Source: Mobula hypostoma
Lineage: Eukaryota
NCBI RefSeq assembly: GCF_963921235.1
Contig: NC_086097.1
Span: 142,974,001-143,038,000, forward strand
Reading direction: 5' to 3'
DNA: 64,000 nt
Shown: positions 1-15,666 of the stretch, one piece after another
How positions within the stretch are numbered: the first letter of the stretch is position 1
Layout of the letters: each line of letters begins with the position of its first letter
Translations under genes and position numbers: made by a program
The notes under the pieces: model-generated
What the model saw: the letters and a program-made list of their open reading frames with translations, nothing else
Database searches by the model: none
Told to the model about the DNA's origin: nothing

Positions 1-400
1 TTTTGCTCTCCACTAGCCTGCCAAATATTTCCAGCACTTTCTATTTTCATTCCAAAGAAACAGGTCTGTTTGTGTAATCTTGCTGTGTACCACATTTCCT
101 TAAACACCGCTTACACTTTATTGGGAAGAATATCTGGAAAGGCACCACATAAATCCTATGTAAGTATGGCTTTCTTTGAAAGACCAACAGCAAGATCCTG
201 CTATCAAAAATATACATTGTGTACTCGTTCAGAGTACAAATGAAATACAGCGTCAATTCTCGAACTTAACATTCACACGACTGACAACAGTCTGACATCT
301 TTAAGCTTTCCATTCAACTACATAGCCACTGTTCACCTCTTACTTATATGAATGGAAATCAGGAAATTACCTCTTGGAAACAGGGGCTGGTTATTCAGCA

Positions 401-590
401 AAGTTGCTGGTGAACGCAGCAGGCCAGGCAGCATCTCTAGGAAGAGGTACAGTCGACGTTTCAGGCTGAGGGGTCTCGGCCTGAAACGTCGACTGTACCT
501 CTTCCTAGAGATGCTGCCTGGCCTGCTGCGTTCACCAGCAACCTTGATGTGTGTTGCTTGAATTTCCAGCATCTGCAGAATTCCTGTTGT
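401..590. mobile_element. Penelope-like terminal-repeat fragment, inverted (hairpin) insertion with TSD
   Basis: Arms about 399-470 and 475-546 are near-perfect reverse complements; flanked by direct repeat ctggttattcagca (387-400, 591-604). Confidence 0.8.
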
Positions 591-777
591 CTGGTTATTC
601 AGCAGTGAGATTCTGGTGCTCCATAATCATTCTCTCATACAGCAAAAAGCTATTAAAATTGGTAATCAAGCCATCATTTACTACTTTTGTGGACAACATT
701 TTATCCTTCTGTGGATGAAATATACTTCCTAACTTCTCCGAATTTATGGTTTTATCCCATTGTCCAGACCTCATCAG

Positions 778-926
778 CTTAAATTAACACTCTCTCTATC
801 CTACCTTATCAAGGATTAAATTAACACTCTCTCTCTATCCTACTTCATCAAGGTAGGATTAAATTACCACTCTTTCTATCCTACTTTATCAAGGTAGGAT
901 TAAATTAACACTTTCTCTATCCTACC
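778..926. repeat. Minisatellite, about 4 copies of a ~40 bp unit (ttaaattaacactctctctatcctactttatcaagg)
   Basis: Direct tandem copies visible in the sequence. Confidence 0.85.
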
Positions 927-1086
927 TACCAAAAATTCCAAATCACATAACACATCAACTTTCTATTATCTTGATAAAATGAACATGGGCTATACTTAGT
1001 GAACCTGCACCGCACACATTGCAAGTTAGTATATTCTTCTGAATGCATCACAATATTTTCACTGGCTCACGATGTCATTTTTCCTA

Positions 1087-1227
<141 letters not shown>

Positions 1228-1834
1228 TCAGTAAGAAAAATACACGGCCAATTAACTGGAACCCTTGCTGCTTATTAAAGCAAGGGTGAGAAATTTCCAA
1301 ACTCCTGTCGTTGGCATCAAAACAATTTGAGGTCAGCTGAGCTGGGTTCACATGAGGAGCACATTTCTGATGTACTATGCCAAACATTTCACAGTTTGTA
1401 ATTAATTGAGTTTTACTCCTGCAAAGTGATGAAAAGCTTATTAGCTGTGCTATCAAGCAACATTTACTCACCAATAACCTACTCATTTATGGTTAGATTG
1501 GGGTTCACTTGGCTCCAAATCTTGTCACAGCCTTGTTCCAAACATGGACCAGACAGCTGAATTCCATGATTTCAAAGGAACAGTTGACTCAGTGTGGCAT
1601 CAATGACCCCTAGTAAAACTGAGGTCATTGGGCATCGAGGAGAAAATGTTTCAATGATCAGAACCACACTTTGTATAAAGATGGCTGTAATGGTTTTAAA
1701 TCAGTCATTTGAGCCACGGGGAATGACCTGTATCTGAGTGAATAAATCTCAATGCTGGGTGCAGTATTTTTTTCTCTTTCCTGATGAACATAGTAAAAAT
1801 AATCACATGATGATGAAGTTAGGTCAATACTAAC

Positions 1835-2007
1835 CTATGTGCCTCATGATATGTCCTATGACTTTGCCCTTGCTCAAGGATGTAACCCGGAGACTGTTGT
1901 CCCAGTGACCACCACTGAAGAGGAGCTTTCCATCGTGGGAAACGACTAGGATCTTTGGTGATAAATCGATACCAGGAGCAAGTGGGCCGGACAAGAAACG
2001 CTGAGTC
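1835..2007 (-). CDS. NBEAL2: NBEAL2 exon, WD40 (TQRFLSGP...LLFSGGHWDNSLRV...RHI), 173 nt
   Basis: tttggcag acceptor, G|gttagt donor. Confidence 0.94.
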
Positions 2008-2104
2008 CTGCCAAAATAGTAACAGGATAAAAGAAAATCCATTCCGTTTAAGTTTGAAAGGTGATAGTAACTTAAGAGTTTGTGTGTGGGTGTTAAAGGA
2101 AACA

Positions 2105-3096
2105 CTATATCTGAGTTTTTGTGTTTGTGATTGGATGTCTGTGACTAATGGTATTCGACATGGATCAGTGCTGGGAGTTTTGCTGTTTGTAATAGACATG
2201 AATAATTTGGCTGTGAGTGCAAGAGATGCATTCAGTTAGCTGACAAATGACACCAAGATTGGTGGGACTGCTAATAGTGTTGAGCAGAGTCTTAGGTTAC
2301 AGGTGATAGTGATGCCTTCATGAAATGAGCTGAGAAATTGCAGATGGCTTTAATCCTGATGAATGTGTGGCTATTTGTTTTGGGAGTACTAATGAGGCTG
2401 GAATATACACTTAGGGAGTATTGAGGAACAGGGGAACTTGGGTTTCAAGTCCAAAGATCCTTGAAGGTAGATAACATCATTAAGAATGCTTATGGGATAC
2501 TGGTCTTCATTACTTGGGGTACTAACTACAAGAGCAGGGAGTTTATATTCTAACTTTATAAAACATTGGTCCACCTAGAGTCCTGTGTGCTGTTATGGTC
2601 ACCACACTACAGGAAGGATGTGATGGGTGCTGGAGAAGGTACAGAGGAGAGTTGCCAGGACATTGCCTGGAATGGAGTTTTCAGTTATGAGGTGAGGTCT
2701 GTTTTCTCTGGAGCAGAGAATGATACATGGAGACATGATTCAGGTATATAAGACTACGAGGTGTATAAGTAGGGTAGACTGCAGGAAATGTTTCTCCATA
2801 TCAGAGGTAGATAATACTAGAGGACCCATAGATTTCAAATAAGGAATGAGATTTAGAGGTATTTGTGGGGGACCTTTTCACACACAGAGTGGTAAATACT
2901 TGGAATACACTGCCTGGGAGAATGGTGGAGTCGGGGTCTCTTGCAGCTTTTAAGATGTGTCTCGATGAGGAAACACCTGGGCGCCAAAGGCTACAGGCCA
3001 AGTACTGGAAGGTGGGATTAGTACAGTTGTGTGCCCACTGGTCAATGTGGATGTGTAGGATCAAGTGGCCTGTTTAAATGTTACATGACTCTATGA
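2105..3096 (+). mobile_element. CR1-clade LINE, degraded 3' part of ORF2 and 3' UTR
   Basis: VTNGIRHGSVLG (RT motif remnant) and FTHRVVNTWNTLP; tail atgactctatga. Confidence 0.8.
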
Positions 3097-3202
3097 ATTT
3101 TAAAGAAGATAGTGATTTAATTGCTTCCATGCAAACCTTGAATAAGACTTTAACTCAGAATTATGGTGGAGTTTTATAAACTGCAGAAAACAAGTAAACT
3201 TA

Positions 3203-3355
<153 letters not shown>

Positions 3356-4861
3356 TCAGAAAAATAAGAAGTGCTACATTTTTATGGAAAGAATAAGAGA
3401 CAATGTTGATCAAATGGCAAAATTGTAAAGAGTGCACCAGAACAGAGTTGCCCAAGTGTACAAAGACCTTTGACTGTGGCAAGGCACATTGCAAAGACCC
3501 TGTACTTCATTAACAGAAGTATTGAGTATAAAGGCTTGATTATGTTGGGCCTTCATAAAACACGGGGACATAAGTGTATTTGTGTTCAATTCTGCTCACC
3601 ATATTTTAAGAAAGGTGCAAAGATCGTAGAGAAGGTACTAAAGAAATTTAACCGAATAGGTGTGGAATCAGGAAGTTTCAACAACAAGTCTAGATTGTAG
3701 AAGCTTGGGTATTTTGTAACATATGAACTTGAGTGGAGATTTGATAAACATAAAACAGATTTAATATGGTAAACAATGATAAATGATTAGTTCAAGAATC
3801 AGGCACAGAGATCTTCAGTGAGATGCAAAAGAAACATGGGAAATATGAGGAAAAGTATTTTACTAGTTAAATAACTATGATCTGGTCTCTAAATGTGATG
3901 TAAACAAAGATAATTGGAGCCTTCAAAACGGAAAAAAATGCACCTTCAGAGAAATACCTTAAGGGGTTGCACAGGAGGACCAGAGGAATGATCTGACTAG
4001 ATTACACTATAAAGAACCGGTACAGACTCAACAGCTTGTGAAGGGCAAGGCGCTATTCTGATTTGGTGATCCAACAACAATAATCTATCAAAACCAACCC
4101 AAAACCTGTTGGATGGCACACAAGCAAATGTAAAGCAAGTTCATATGGTGGAGCACACAAGGCAAAACTGAATAGGCATCTTTGACACATCTTCACCTAG
4201 CAGATTGTCCATTCTGTATTTTCATACAACCTCAAAATCAAAAAAAGCAACTAATTTTTTCCAACAGCCATCATTAGGTAGTTACTCATGAAATCAGACT
4301 TTCTAGACTCCGTTGCAAATGATTGATCTGGGGAGATTAACATCCATTGAGTTTTTACTAACAGTGACAGTGCCATTCATTAGGTCATACAACTTGAACT
4401 CTGCATTTCATTTACTGTTAGCCGAGACGGGGACAATTTAAGTTAAACTTTTCCAATGGTTGGGTAGGTACAACCCGTTGGATAGTGCATCTGGAAGTTC
4501 CCAACTGGATTACACTATTGTTGCAAGAAAGATGGGGATATGATTGAACCTTACTTTAAATGGGAGCCTTAAAACGTCATCAATCATCATCATCATCTTG
4601 AGAGGTCAAAGTTTCAAGACCAGACATTTTGCTTCTTTGTCCTTTTGAACTGATTGTTTCAAACATATGTCCAAGTCAAAGTTTGGATCACATTGTTTTC
4701 TTCACTTCTTCGATTGAACATTGCATAGGTTCTTCAAAGTAAATACTCTTGGTCACCAAACTTATTTGGGCATTGGTTAAATCCTCATTATTTTCAAAGT
4801 ACGTTTTTAATGCAAAAAAAGAACCTGATGATTTTGGTCTTTCTTAACACTTTCTACTCAC

Positions 4862-4951
4862 CAGAACATCTGGAGATCCCTGTGTGATAAAAGTGTGTGC
4901 TTGATTTTTTGGCACCACAGCCTGTACCAATGGAATATCATCACTGATACC
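4862..4951 (-). CDS. NBEAL2: NBEAL2 exon (GISDDIPLVQAVVP...QGSPDVL), 90 nt
   Basis: ttcttcag acceptor, CTG|gtgagt donor. Confidence 0.94.
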
Positions 4952-6344
4952 CTGAAGAAAATAGATATGTCATATAAGTCATGTTATACATTCTACTATT
5001 GATAGATAATGTTTTTGGAGAGATGTGAACTGCAGGGCACCCTTTGAAACTCCCAGGCCATTTGGGCCAAGATCCTGTGACTTTCCTATCATACCCATAC
5101 TTTTGTTCTTAGTTCTACTCCACTTTCATCAATAACCTCCAAATCTTCTGTACACACAATGTAACCAAGTGATAAACCTTCATCTCATGTATAACCGCCA
5201 TTAGAATTGTGAAAGAATTGCCTCTAATATATTTCACTATGAGGAAAGTTCTTCAAGCCGCTTCTTCCATTGAATTAATCATGGCTGATTGCTTCCTCAT
5301 CTCCACTTTGTTCCATATCACTTGATGCATTTACCCTAAAGTTAAAGTCAAAGTTGAGTTTACTGTCATATGCACAGGTGCAGTGTAGAACATTTTCATT
5401 AATCAGGATTCACAGCATTTTGAATGACCTTCCACTTCATCATTACATACTTATGCATGAACAAATATGATTTTTTTTGTTAAAGCATTCAAAAATCAAG
5501 GTCCTTTCTATCTGTTGTAATCATGTCAGTCTTTATTAACAAGTTCCGCCAATCTCCTTTTCCTTTTCCCTACGCCATGCATCCTAAATGTTCTAAATCC
5601 TGAGACGATTGTTCCCAGCTTTGGTCACCCTGCAGTCATGTTTTCATAATAGCCTTTCCAAATTCTTTGCTATTAATCCATCCACCTAGCTGCTGATGAA
5701 AGGTTGCACCTAAGTATAATTCCTTTAAGTTTGGCCTTTCACTCAGCTGTGCATCTTTGTAGAATAATATTTATTTTGTCAGGGGCTGATGGTGGTGAGA
5801 AAGGAGGAAGATAACCTCAAAAAATGAACAAATGGAAAGATACCAGAGAGGGTTCAGGCTTACTGGAATGATGCCAGATGGGAAAGCAGAAAAGCTGATA
5901 TTGTTCTCCTGATACAAGATGGGGGGGGGGGGGGGAATATGATAGATGTATACATCATTTTGGGGAATTCTGGTAGAACAAAATAGAAGTTACTTACCCA
6001 GAGAGTGCTTAAAATGTGGAATACAATGTGACATGGAGCATTTAAGGCTAATGCCATTGATGCAAAGTTTCTCATTTTTATTCATTGATCAGACTTAGGT
6101 ACCTCTGGCAAAGCAAGTGTTTATCGGCAGGTCCCAGAGGGAACCTGAATAAATATATAGTGAGCAAGTGAATGAAGATTATGGTGAATGATACATTAGT
6201 GAGAAGAACTTCCCATGGAACACAGACAATGGCATAAATCAACTGAATCTAATGGCCAGTTTCTAATTCATGCAACTCTACATAGGGAGGAAAGGCATTC
6301 TTCAATCCATAAATACCTTCTCCTGAGCATTATGAACCACTTAC

Positions 6345-6461
6345 CTCAATGAAGAATGACTTAAGTTGGCCCAGCTGATCAAAGACATTTGGTGTATAGC
6401 TGTCAAATCGCGCTGATCGTCTGTCGGCATTCTCTGCAGTAAGACGCGGAGGATGTGGCTC
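6345..6461 (-). CDS. NBEAL2: NBEAL2 exon (EPHPPRLTAE...LKSFFIE), 117 nt
   Basis: tcttccag acceptor, GAG|gtaagt donor. Confidence 0.94.
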
Positions 6462-7337
6462 CTGGAAGAAAAGATGAATCAAGTCAGTAATTACAGGAAT
6501 TGTCATTTCTTTGCTGTAGACAATTTTTTTCTGTTTTATCTACTCTTTCCAACATCTAAACTCTATTCCTCCTGGGATGGGAGGTTATCTATTTAAGGTT
6601 AATCTGAGCAGGAACTTCTTCACTCAGACAATTTTTGAATTCTCTACTGTGGGAAAATGTGGATAATGTTAGGTACTTTCAAGACTGCGATAAACATTTG
6701 GACAATTGATTGTGAGCTAAAATACTGGCAGATGGCTACCTGAGTTTGGGAAAGGAATAAAGATTGGTTGTAGTGCTGAAAACTACGGTGTGAAATGTGC
6801 CTGTGATGTGCAGACAGTACAGTATAGTTCAGTTATGAAATGTCTTCATGAATGAATGCAATTCAAAGGGCAGTTAAATAAATTATGCTTTTTTGTGACT
6901 TGTATTAGATACAGTCCAGATTAGGTACAACAATTCACCAGTTTAATGACCAAATACCAACATTAACTTCTGTAATTTATACTAAATTCAAATTCTCACA
7001 TTTAGATGCTGGCATCTAAATCTGGATAAGTGGTTACTCTGCTATTATATTGTTATTGCTGGATTAGTAATTCTTCTTAAATCTATTGTTCTGCAGCATG
7101 CTACATTGAGGAATTAAGTTCATTTGTTCACACTGACCAGAAAATACTGACCTTAACTACTCAGGATTCTCTGACTTCAACTGGAAAATATTTCAAGGGA
7201 AAACCATATTCAAAACATTTCAATATTAGGAGAGTTCCTAATTTGTAATTTGTAACTAAAGTACAAAATGAAACAGGAAATAAGATAGAACTAAAAAGAC
7301 AAATCAATTAAATTGAGTGAATGTTTTAACATGATTA

Positions 7338-7490
<153 letters not shown>

Positions 7491-7848
7491 TTAATGCTGG
7501 GAGACAAAGTTGAGTCTTACAGCTTCAATTCCAAACCATCACCAAGGCTCAGAATTTAATTGGAGATGGTACCTGCATGGCCCATATCAACAGATCAAGT
7601 CAAAATACTGCTACATTAGTATGCAATGAATTTGAAACTAACAAATTTGATTTCACAGTTTAAAAATTTCTTTTGAATTGTAATCACATCTAGAAAGCAT
7701 GGCCACTGTTTCATCTATCTGTACAGGATGTGGGATTGCTACAAATACTTATTGCACCTTGACTCTCCTCTAATTAACCCCAGAATTTGACAGCTTCAAA
7801 ACAACCCCAGAGAGAAAAAGGATCTCGTGCTTTCCTGGTGTAAATGAC

Positions 7849-8185
7849 AAAAACCTCTACTTGGGATTCCAGCCGGGAATAGGCATCCATTTTAACTGAC
7901 ATTTTGATGACAAGTTCTGTCATCTTCATCAGGGATGATGCCGAGGCATATCTATCTTGGTGGTATATATATATATATCCCCATCGTCCGTTCCTTCTGA
8001 TTGGTTAACCCTCGTCCAATCAAGTTTATGCTGTCTTACTTTGTTTGCAATCGAATTCCAGTACTTATTTAGAGCAAGGCCTTCGTTGTTGTTAAAACAC
8101 TTTTTCTCTAGTTTAATTTCAATGGCTCCCTTCACCACACAGTCCCAAAAGCAATTGGCACACACAATAGTTTTGTGCCATTGAA
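7849..8185 (-). mobile_element. Penelope-like element 3' fragment (C-terminus of GIY-YIG-type endonuclease plus decayed hammerhead motif)
   Basis: Peptide KGAIEIKLEKKCFNNNEGLALNKYWNSI resembles the Penelope endonuclease end; downstream CTGATGA-hairpin-AAAATGTC. Confidence 0.65.
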
Positions 8186-8481
8186 ATCAATCCTAAGACC
8201 CTGAGCAATTACAGTGAATTGATTTTTAAGCTTGATGTAAAGGCCAATCCCCTGTACAGTGGATGTGATGGATTGCAGAAACATTGATGAACTCCAGCCA
8301 TACCATCGACTTCAGAAGACGATTGAGATGGGAAGTCATCAATGGCCTATGCTCCACTGGAGCTAAGGGTCGAAGAAGAAGATGACTTTTCAGCTTCAGA
8401 ACCAAGAATATAGAAAGGCTTGAGACAAATTAACTTCTCATGATCTGATGAACTCCACATTATAAACTTGTACTTAAACTA

Positions 8482-8791
<310 letters not shown>

Positions 8792-8984
8792 TACTGTGAA
8801 CAATTCAGGTGAACACCAACCTGCAACAGTGAATTCTATCAGGTTAAATAAATAATGAGTGAACTATAGTACATATTTTTGCCACTAATTTTAATGACAT
8901 AGGCACTTGAGTTCACATGTAATATGCTGGAGAGAGTCAACGGGCTAGGCAGCATCAGTGAAGGGAAATGGAAAGTTGACTTCA

Positions 8985-9790
8985 GGAGAAGGAAGCCAGA
9001 GGTCCATCAGCGGATCAGAGGTGGAGAGGGTCAGCAACTTGAAATTCCGTGGTGTTCTCATTTCAGAGGATCCATCCTGGGACCAGCATGTAAATGCAAT
9101 TACAAAGAAAGCATGGTAGCATTTGACTAAACTTTGACAAAAGTTTTGACAAAATTTTGACTAACTTCCATAGATGTGTGGAGCAGAGTATATTGACTGG
9201 CTGCATCACAGCCTGGTATGGAAACACCAATGCCTTTGAATGGCAAGTACTACAAGGAGTAGTGGATATGGCCCAGTACATCATGGTAAAACCCTTGAGA
9301 CCATTGAGCACATCTACATGGAACGTTGTCGCAGAAAAGCAGCATTCATCATCAGGGACCCCCACCATCCAGGTCATGCTCTCTTCTCTCTGCTGCTATC
9401 AGGAAGAAGGTACAGGAGCCTCAAGACCCACATCACCAGGTTCAGGAACAGCTATTACCCCTCAACCATCAGACTCTAGAACCAGTGGGAATAACTTCAC
9501 TCAAATTTACTTGGCCCATCACTGAACTGTTCCCACAACCTATGAACTCACTTTCAAGAACTCTTCATTTCATGTTTTTTATATTTATTGCTCATTTATT
9601 TATTATTATTCTTTCTTTTACACAGTTAGTTACCTTTTTCACAATAATTTATCCGCTCTGTTGGTGTGGTCTTTCATTGATTCTATTATGGTTCTTGGAT
9701 TTATTGAGTATGCCCACAAGAAAATAAATTTCAAGGTTGTATATTGTGATATATTTGTATATTTTAATAATATATTTATTTTGAACTTTG
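8985..9790 (+). mobile_element. Rex1/Babar-type LINE 3' fragment
   Basis: LTNFHRCVEQSILTGCITAWYG and IIRDPHHPGHALFSLLLSGRRYRSLKTHITRFRNSYYP; tail ttgaactttgaa. Confidence 0.8.
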
Positions 9791-9794
9791 AAGA

Positions 9795-10285
9795 GTAAGT
9801 GATTTGAATTGAGACCCTTAATCTAGGCTGAGAGAAAGTATTGAGGAATGGTGCCAGAGTAAATTTTGACATGGGCCGCTCCATGTAACCAACAAAATTT
9901 GCAGGCACAGCTGAGGCCCATGTGAGAGCCCATGGTTACACCTCTGATTCAGAGAAAATGGAAAACTTCAAAAGGGAAGTTGGTAAGGATAAGCACAAGT
10001 TTTGTCAGGCAGAAGAGGGTGCTTATAGGGGGGATTGATTAGCTCTATGTTCCAGGAAGAAACAGAGAGCCCCCACGGCCTTCCAGTTGGGGGACAGAAA
10101 GGTACACGGACAGGATGTTCATTGTGAAAATGAGGCGGTGGGAATTCAGGCATTCCATATGATGGATTGCGATCCAAATTGTCAGCTGTTCATTTCCCTC
10201 CATAGATCCTTCCTGACCTGCTGAGGTACTCCAGCATCTTGTGTGTTGCTCCAGCTGCCAGCATCTGTAGTTTCTTGTGTCTCCA
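9795..10285. mobile_element. Old Penelope-like remnant (RT fragment on -, terminal repeat on +)
   Basis: Minus strand reads MGSHMGLSCA/FVGYME, like the Penelope RT motif at 29135; 10190-10285 resembles the young terminal repeat. Confidence 0.55.
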
Positions 10286-10861
10286 AAACCACATGAGTTC
10301 ATTATAGTTTTACAATGGATTGAGATTTATGTTCTGAATGGGCTAGTTTTGCCTAGAGAACATTATATATAATAATTAACAGTACTTCAATTTCCTCAGT
10401 TGTAAGCATCCTCCATTATTGACGAGAGTTTAATTAGGATCCTGGGGGTTTTAAGAGTAAAACGATTGATATCTGTGTATATTGGAGATTGATCTGTGGA
10501 GTACTAACATTCAAAGTAGTAAACATATCGGGAAAAGAAAGAAATGATGCACGTTTGGGATACTCTTGCATTGGATTTGCTGTATCACCTATTTACCCAA
10601 TCCAGTACCACAATAAAGGCAGGTGGAGTCGCAATCAATGGGAATTGTGAAGAAGCAAGTTTTCTACACAACTGGAGATTAAAACATAATAAATGTCACA
10701 CCTCTCTCATCTGATTTCACATTGAGTCTGGTGTTGTACCTTGCTGTTCAGATGGATGGGAAAGAGGGCATAACACAGGATTGCAACTGAATTTTAATCT
10801 GCCAACATGGCATTTTATTGCTCTCAAGGGAACTTGGAAAAGGCTCTTAAAGGAAACCTCA

Positions 10862-11233
<372 letters not shown>

Positions 11234-12203
11234 TTAATCACACCACGAATTGTTTTCCAGGAAAGCAACCCGTCTGCACAGAAGGAAATGAAAATTAGTT
11301 TTCTTCAAGGATTTCTTCCTTTTTTTTCTCTTCCCCTCATTAAGCCACTATTAAATGATGTCATAGGACATGCAAGAGTTGGAACATTCCCCTTCCCCAT
11401 ACTCACTAGTGACCTAGCAGAAATGTGCAATGCTGTTCTAAAATAGCTGATGTTACCACCTCCTTAGATCATGCAGACCATTTGACTATAGAAGCTATTA
11501 CAGCCAAATTTAATTCTAGGTGATATGTACCCAGGCACACTTCTCAACAGGGTTAGTAATATAACAATTAGGGAGAAGAATTATGATTGACTTTCTGTTT
11601 GCTTGTGCAAAGAGTTGCAGAAGACCAGTTGTAATGCTGAGGTACACTTGTAGCTTTAATTTTAATTTCTCCTGGTGTTACTAAAGCCAATAATCTGTTT
11701 GCCCATTTCAAGTGATGACAGCTGTGGATCAGTGGTAGTGCTTTGGCCTCAGGTCTGAATACTGGGATGCAACTTCAGACAACAGTTCAATACAGTACTA
11801 AGAGAATCCAATAATATTAATTGTAGTCTCAGTTAGACAAGATGTTAAAATTAGGCTTTGCCTGTACTTTCAGATGGATTTTAAACAGCTCAAGCCATTC
11901 TGGAAGTTCTATCAGCATCCTGACTATTATTTATCTCAGAACTATTGTCAAATTAATCTATTACTCATTGATCTTGGTCTTTTTGGATATTGTGACTTGG
12001 GTGAATAATTCTACCCTCATTATATCAGCACCTACACATAACAATATTTAAACAGTTTAAGGCACTTGGCTATTCCATAAAGCCATGAAAAGTATTTTAT
12101 AAAATGTGTGTCCTAATGCATTTCTTAAAAAATGTTTCATGGTTTTATTGCATTTAACAGTAAAACCATGCCAACATTAAAAATGAGAACCTGCTTGATT
12201 TTA

Positions 12204-12377
<174 letters not shown>

Positions 12378-13546
12378 TTAGCAATTATGGAATGTGACAT
12401 GGTGTTAGTGAGTAGCCATGCTGCAGTTCACTCATCACATCTTCAGAAGGCACAACCATTCATTGATTAAATATTTCCCTTTGTATCGTGAAGGATTTTA
12501 AGTGCTCCAGGGATGTTTCTCTTATTGTATGGTTCCTGATCATTGTGGTACTGTGTCAAAAACATGGCAGCTGCATCGTCTAATGAACAGAAAGCCGGGA
12601 TCATTGGGGCCCAATAATCTCAACACAGAAGCATCTGTCTTTATTGTTAGATGTAATCTTCAAAATAATTCTGTCAACAGTAGTTTAAATGATGATACAT
12701 AGATGTTATTTTTTAATCAGAATTCATGTTCATCAAAATAAACTCTTACTATCTGAATTGAATGCATTCCATTTTAGGCTACTTACCTTGATTAAATATA
12801 GATTTAACCAACCACTACACTGTTCCAATAACTAAACTCAGAGGAAGTAGAGCACAATATGTATATACAAAACAGAGCTCTAAATTGTAATTAAGTACCT
12901 GGGACAAGTTCAATTCAAAACAGAACTCACTTCTTCTGTCCCATTAAACACCCACAGGTACAATTCTATTCTAGGTATCTGGTACAATTCAAGTCTAGAT
13001 ATCAATTTGAAGCTAATTTGAAAACAACCTTGCTCTTGTGAACTGCCACACTAAGTTGTTGTTCAAGTTCACCGCAGCAGCTTGGACTTTATTGTGTCTA
13101 TTCCATATCACAATTCCCGTTTTCCTTTTTTGGTCAATGTCTTTTAACACCCTTCAGCACTCTGACACGTTGGCAGAATACCTCTTCGTGCAAGCTCCAA
13201 TGACCAAGCATTTGTAACCTTCCATTACCTTTTGTGTGGAAAAAAATTTCCAGATTTTACCCCCAAAGAGCTTGGTTTTAATTTTAGATTCTGCCTTTTC
13301 TGTTGGATTAAGAATATAAGAACATATCAAGCAGCACCATCAGTAGATGATGTGGCCCTTCACTTCAGTTCCACTGTTTATCAAAGTAAAAAGTGAACCT
13401 TTTCCTCATCCTCTTTCCAACAGACATAACATGCAAAAAATCTTAACCTCTTGGATAGATTAAATTGGAACAGAGATCTCTCAGACTGCTACAATGCATA
13501 TTCTTGCAATTCTGTTCACTTGGTGCCAGTCTGCTCCTCCAACTCA

Positions 13547-13759
<213 letters not shown>

Positions 13760-14442
13760 TCAGTTTCCAAGAATTGATTTTTTACCACTTTCTTGAACTA
13801 TCACAGAGCACGTTCCTTTCCTTTTACTGAAGGAATAAGTTCTGCTGTTCAACACCTTCAGCTCACTGCGGCTGTACATTACAGAGGCATAGATTTGCTA
13901 CAGCAGGGACCCCAAGGCTCTAAGGAGGTATTGATGATACAACGTTCATAAATCTCCTGGCAAGGTACCAAAACCAACATTGTTATCTTCACCTGAACCC
14001 ATATCCCCAGAAGACACTGTAGTTACATTTATCCAGCTCCAATGAGCAGGCTACCTCATTTGTATGTGTGATACCAGGCTCCCAACACAGATACTCTCCT
14101 CCTTGTTCTGCCATGGCAGGAAATTACTTGAGGACACAGGAAAGAATTCAAGGATACACTCAAGGCTTTATGACACTCAGCAGTTTGATCAGCCTACAGT
14201 ACATCCATGTGGCTAAAAGGAACAGGCTTTTTAACTGGTCACTTCAAGATGGTTTTTGTCATCATTTGTTGTCTGTGGACAATCCCTTTTTAATAAGGCC
14301 ATTTGGTAGTAATCATCATTTAGCACTCTGGATTTTCCTCATCTTATGATGGTGACAAAATGGCTGGAGACATGAACCATTCTTTATCAGACAGAAAATA
14401 TCACCATCCAAACAAATACAAAGTCAAATACAACTCAACTCA

Positions 14443-14589
<147 letters not shown>

Positions 14590-15025
14590 TCAGTGATAAA
14601 AACAAAATATTCTTTCTTCTAGATACTTGGGGTTTTTTAAACATAAAATCATACTCAAATGAATCAATATAAAAAAAACAATTTTGTTGATTGCTTCCAG
14701 TCATTATGTGAAATGAATTTTATGCAGTCTTGTGCCTACATTTTAATAGTCAGAATTCTAAACTGTAAACTCTGCAGAATTTAATATGAAATATTGGTAT
14801 CACTTAGGAACACAAATTGAGAAAACTTGACTCAAGTACCCCTACTATATTAAGTCTACTTTGGGGAAATGTAGGAGGAGATTTACTATACAGTAACTAT
14901 GTTGTATCCATGCTTTGTAAGTTTGTTACTGATATGTGTACATTTTCAACTGTTTTGCGAGCTCAGGAAGATTTGAACTTCCTTGATTTGACAGGGGGCT
15001 GAAGTGGAAGGGTCAGAACTCATCA

Positions 15026-15190
<165 letters not shown>

Positions 15191-15666
15191 TCACCCTCCT
15201 TTTTGGAACGGTGGTGTACCGCACAACAATTAGAAAGTTTTATTACATCTTTGTAATTGACTGATGAAATATCACTTAAAGTATCAACTTAATTTCTGAG
15301 ACAAGAATCATAATAAATACTGGAAACCTTTCCATTATTAAACAGAGAGTTAAGGTTTAACTTCCAATACCAGCACATTAATAATTAAGGACAGAAATAA
15401 ATCAATTACTTTTGGAGCTGCTCTTCACTTTGTAAGACTCCAATAAACCAACAGCCTGCCATGGAGTTCAACAAACATGCAATTATATAAAATTGGGATG
15501 TATACTCAACAAGAGTACAAAGGACAGGCCAGGGAACTACAGGGCAGTGAGCCTGACTTCAGTTGTAGGGAAGGTACTGGAGGGAATTCTGAGGGACAAG
15601 ACCTACCATCACTTTAATAGTCAAGGCCTACTTAGGAATAGTCCAGGTTTTTAAGCCAATATTGAC

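Noticed and set aside
461..496. Hammerhead at the centre of the 401-590 hairpin
   Set aside because: It reads CTGAGGG rather than CTGANGA and lacks the AGTC stem I strand; the core was lost in the inversion.
333..572. Mirror-image ORFs on both strands, and the recurrent MLVNAAGQAAS / MLEIQATHIKVAGE ORFs (17528, 39013, 41905, 42268)
   Set aside because: They are translations of the repeated non-coding Penelope-like terminal repeat and its palindrome, not genes.
778..926. CRISPR-like array
   Set aside because: Units are adjacent with no unique spacers, in a vertebrate intron; it is a minisatellite.
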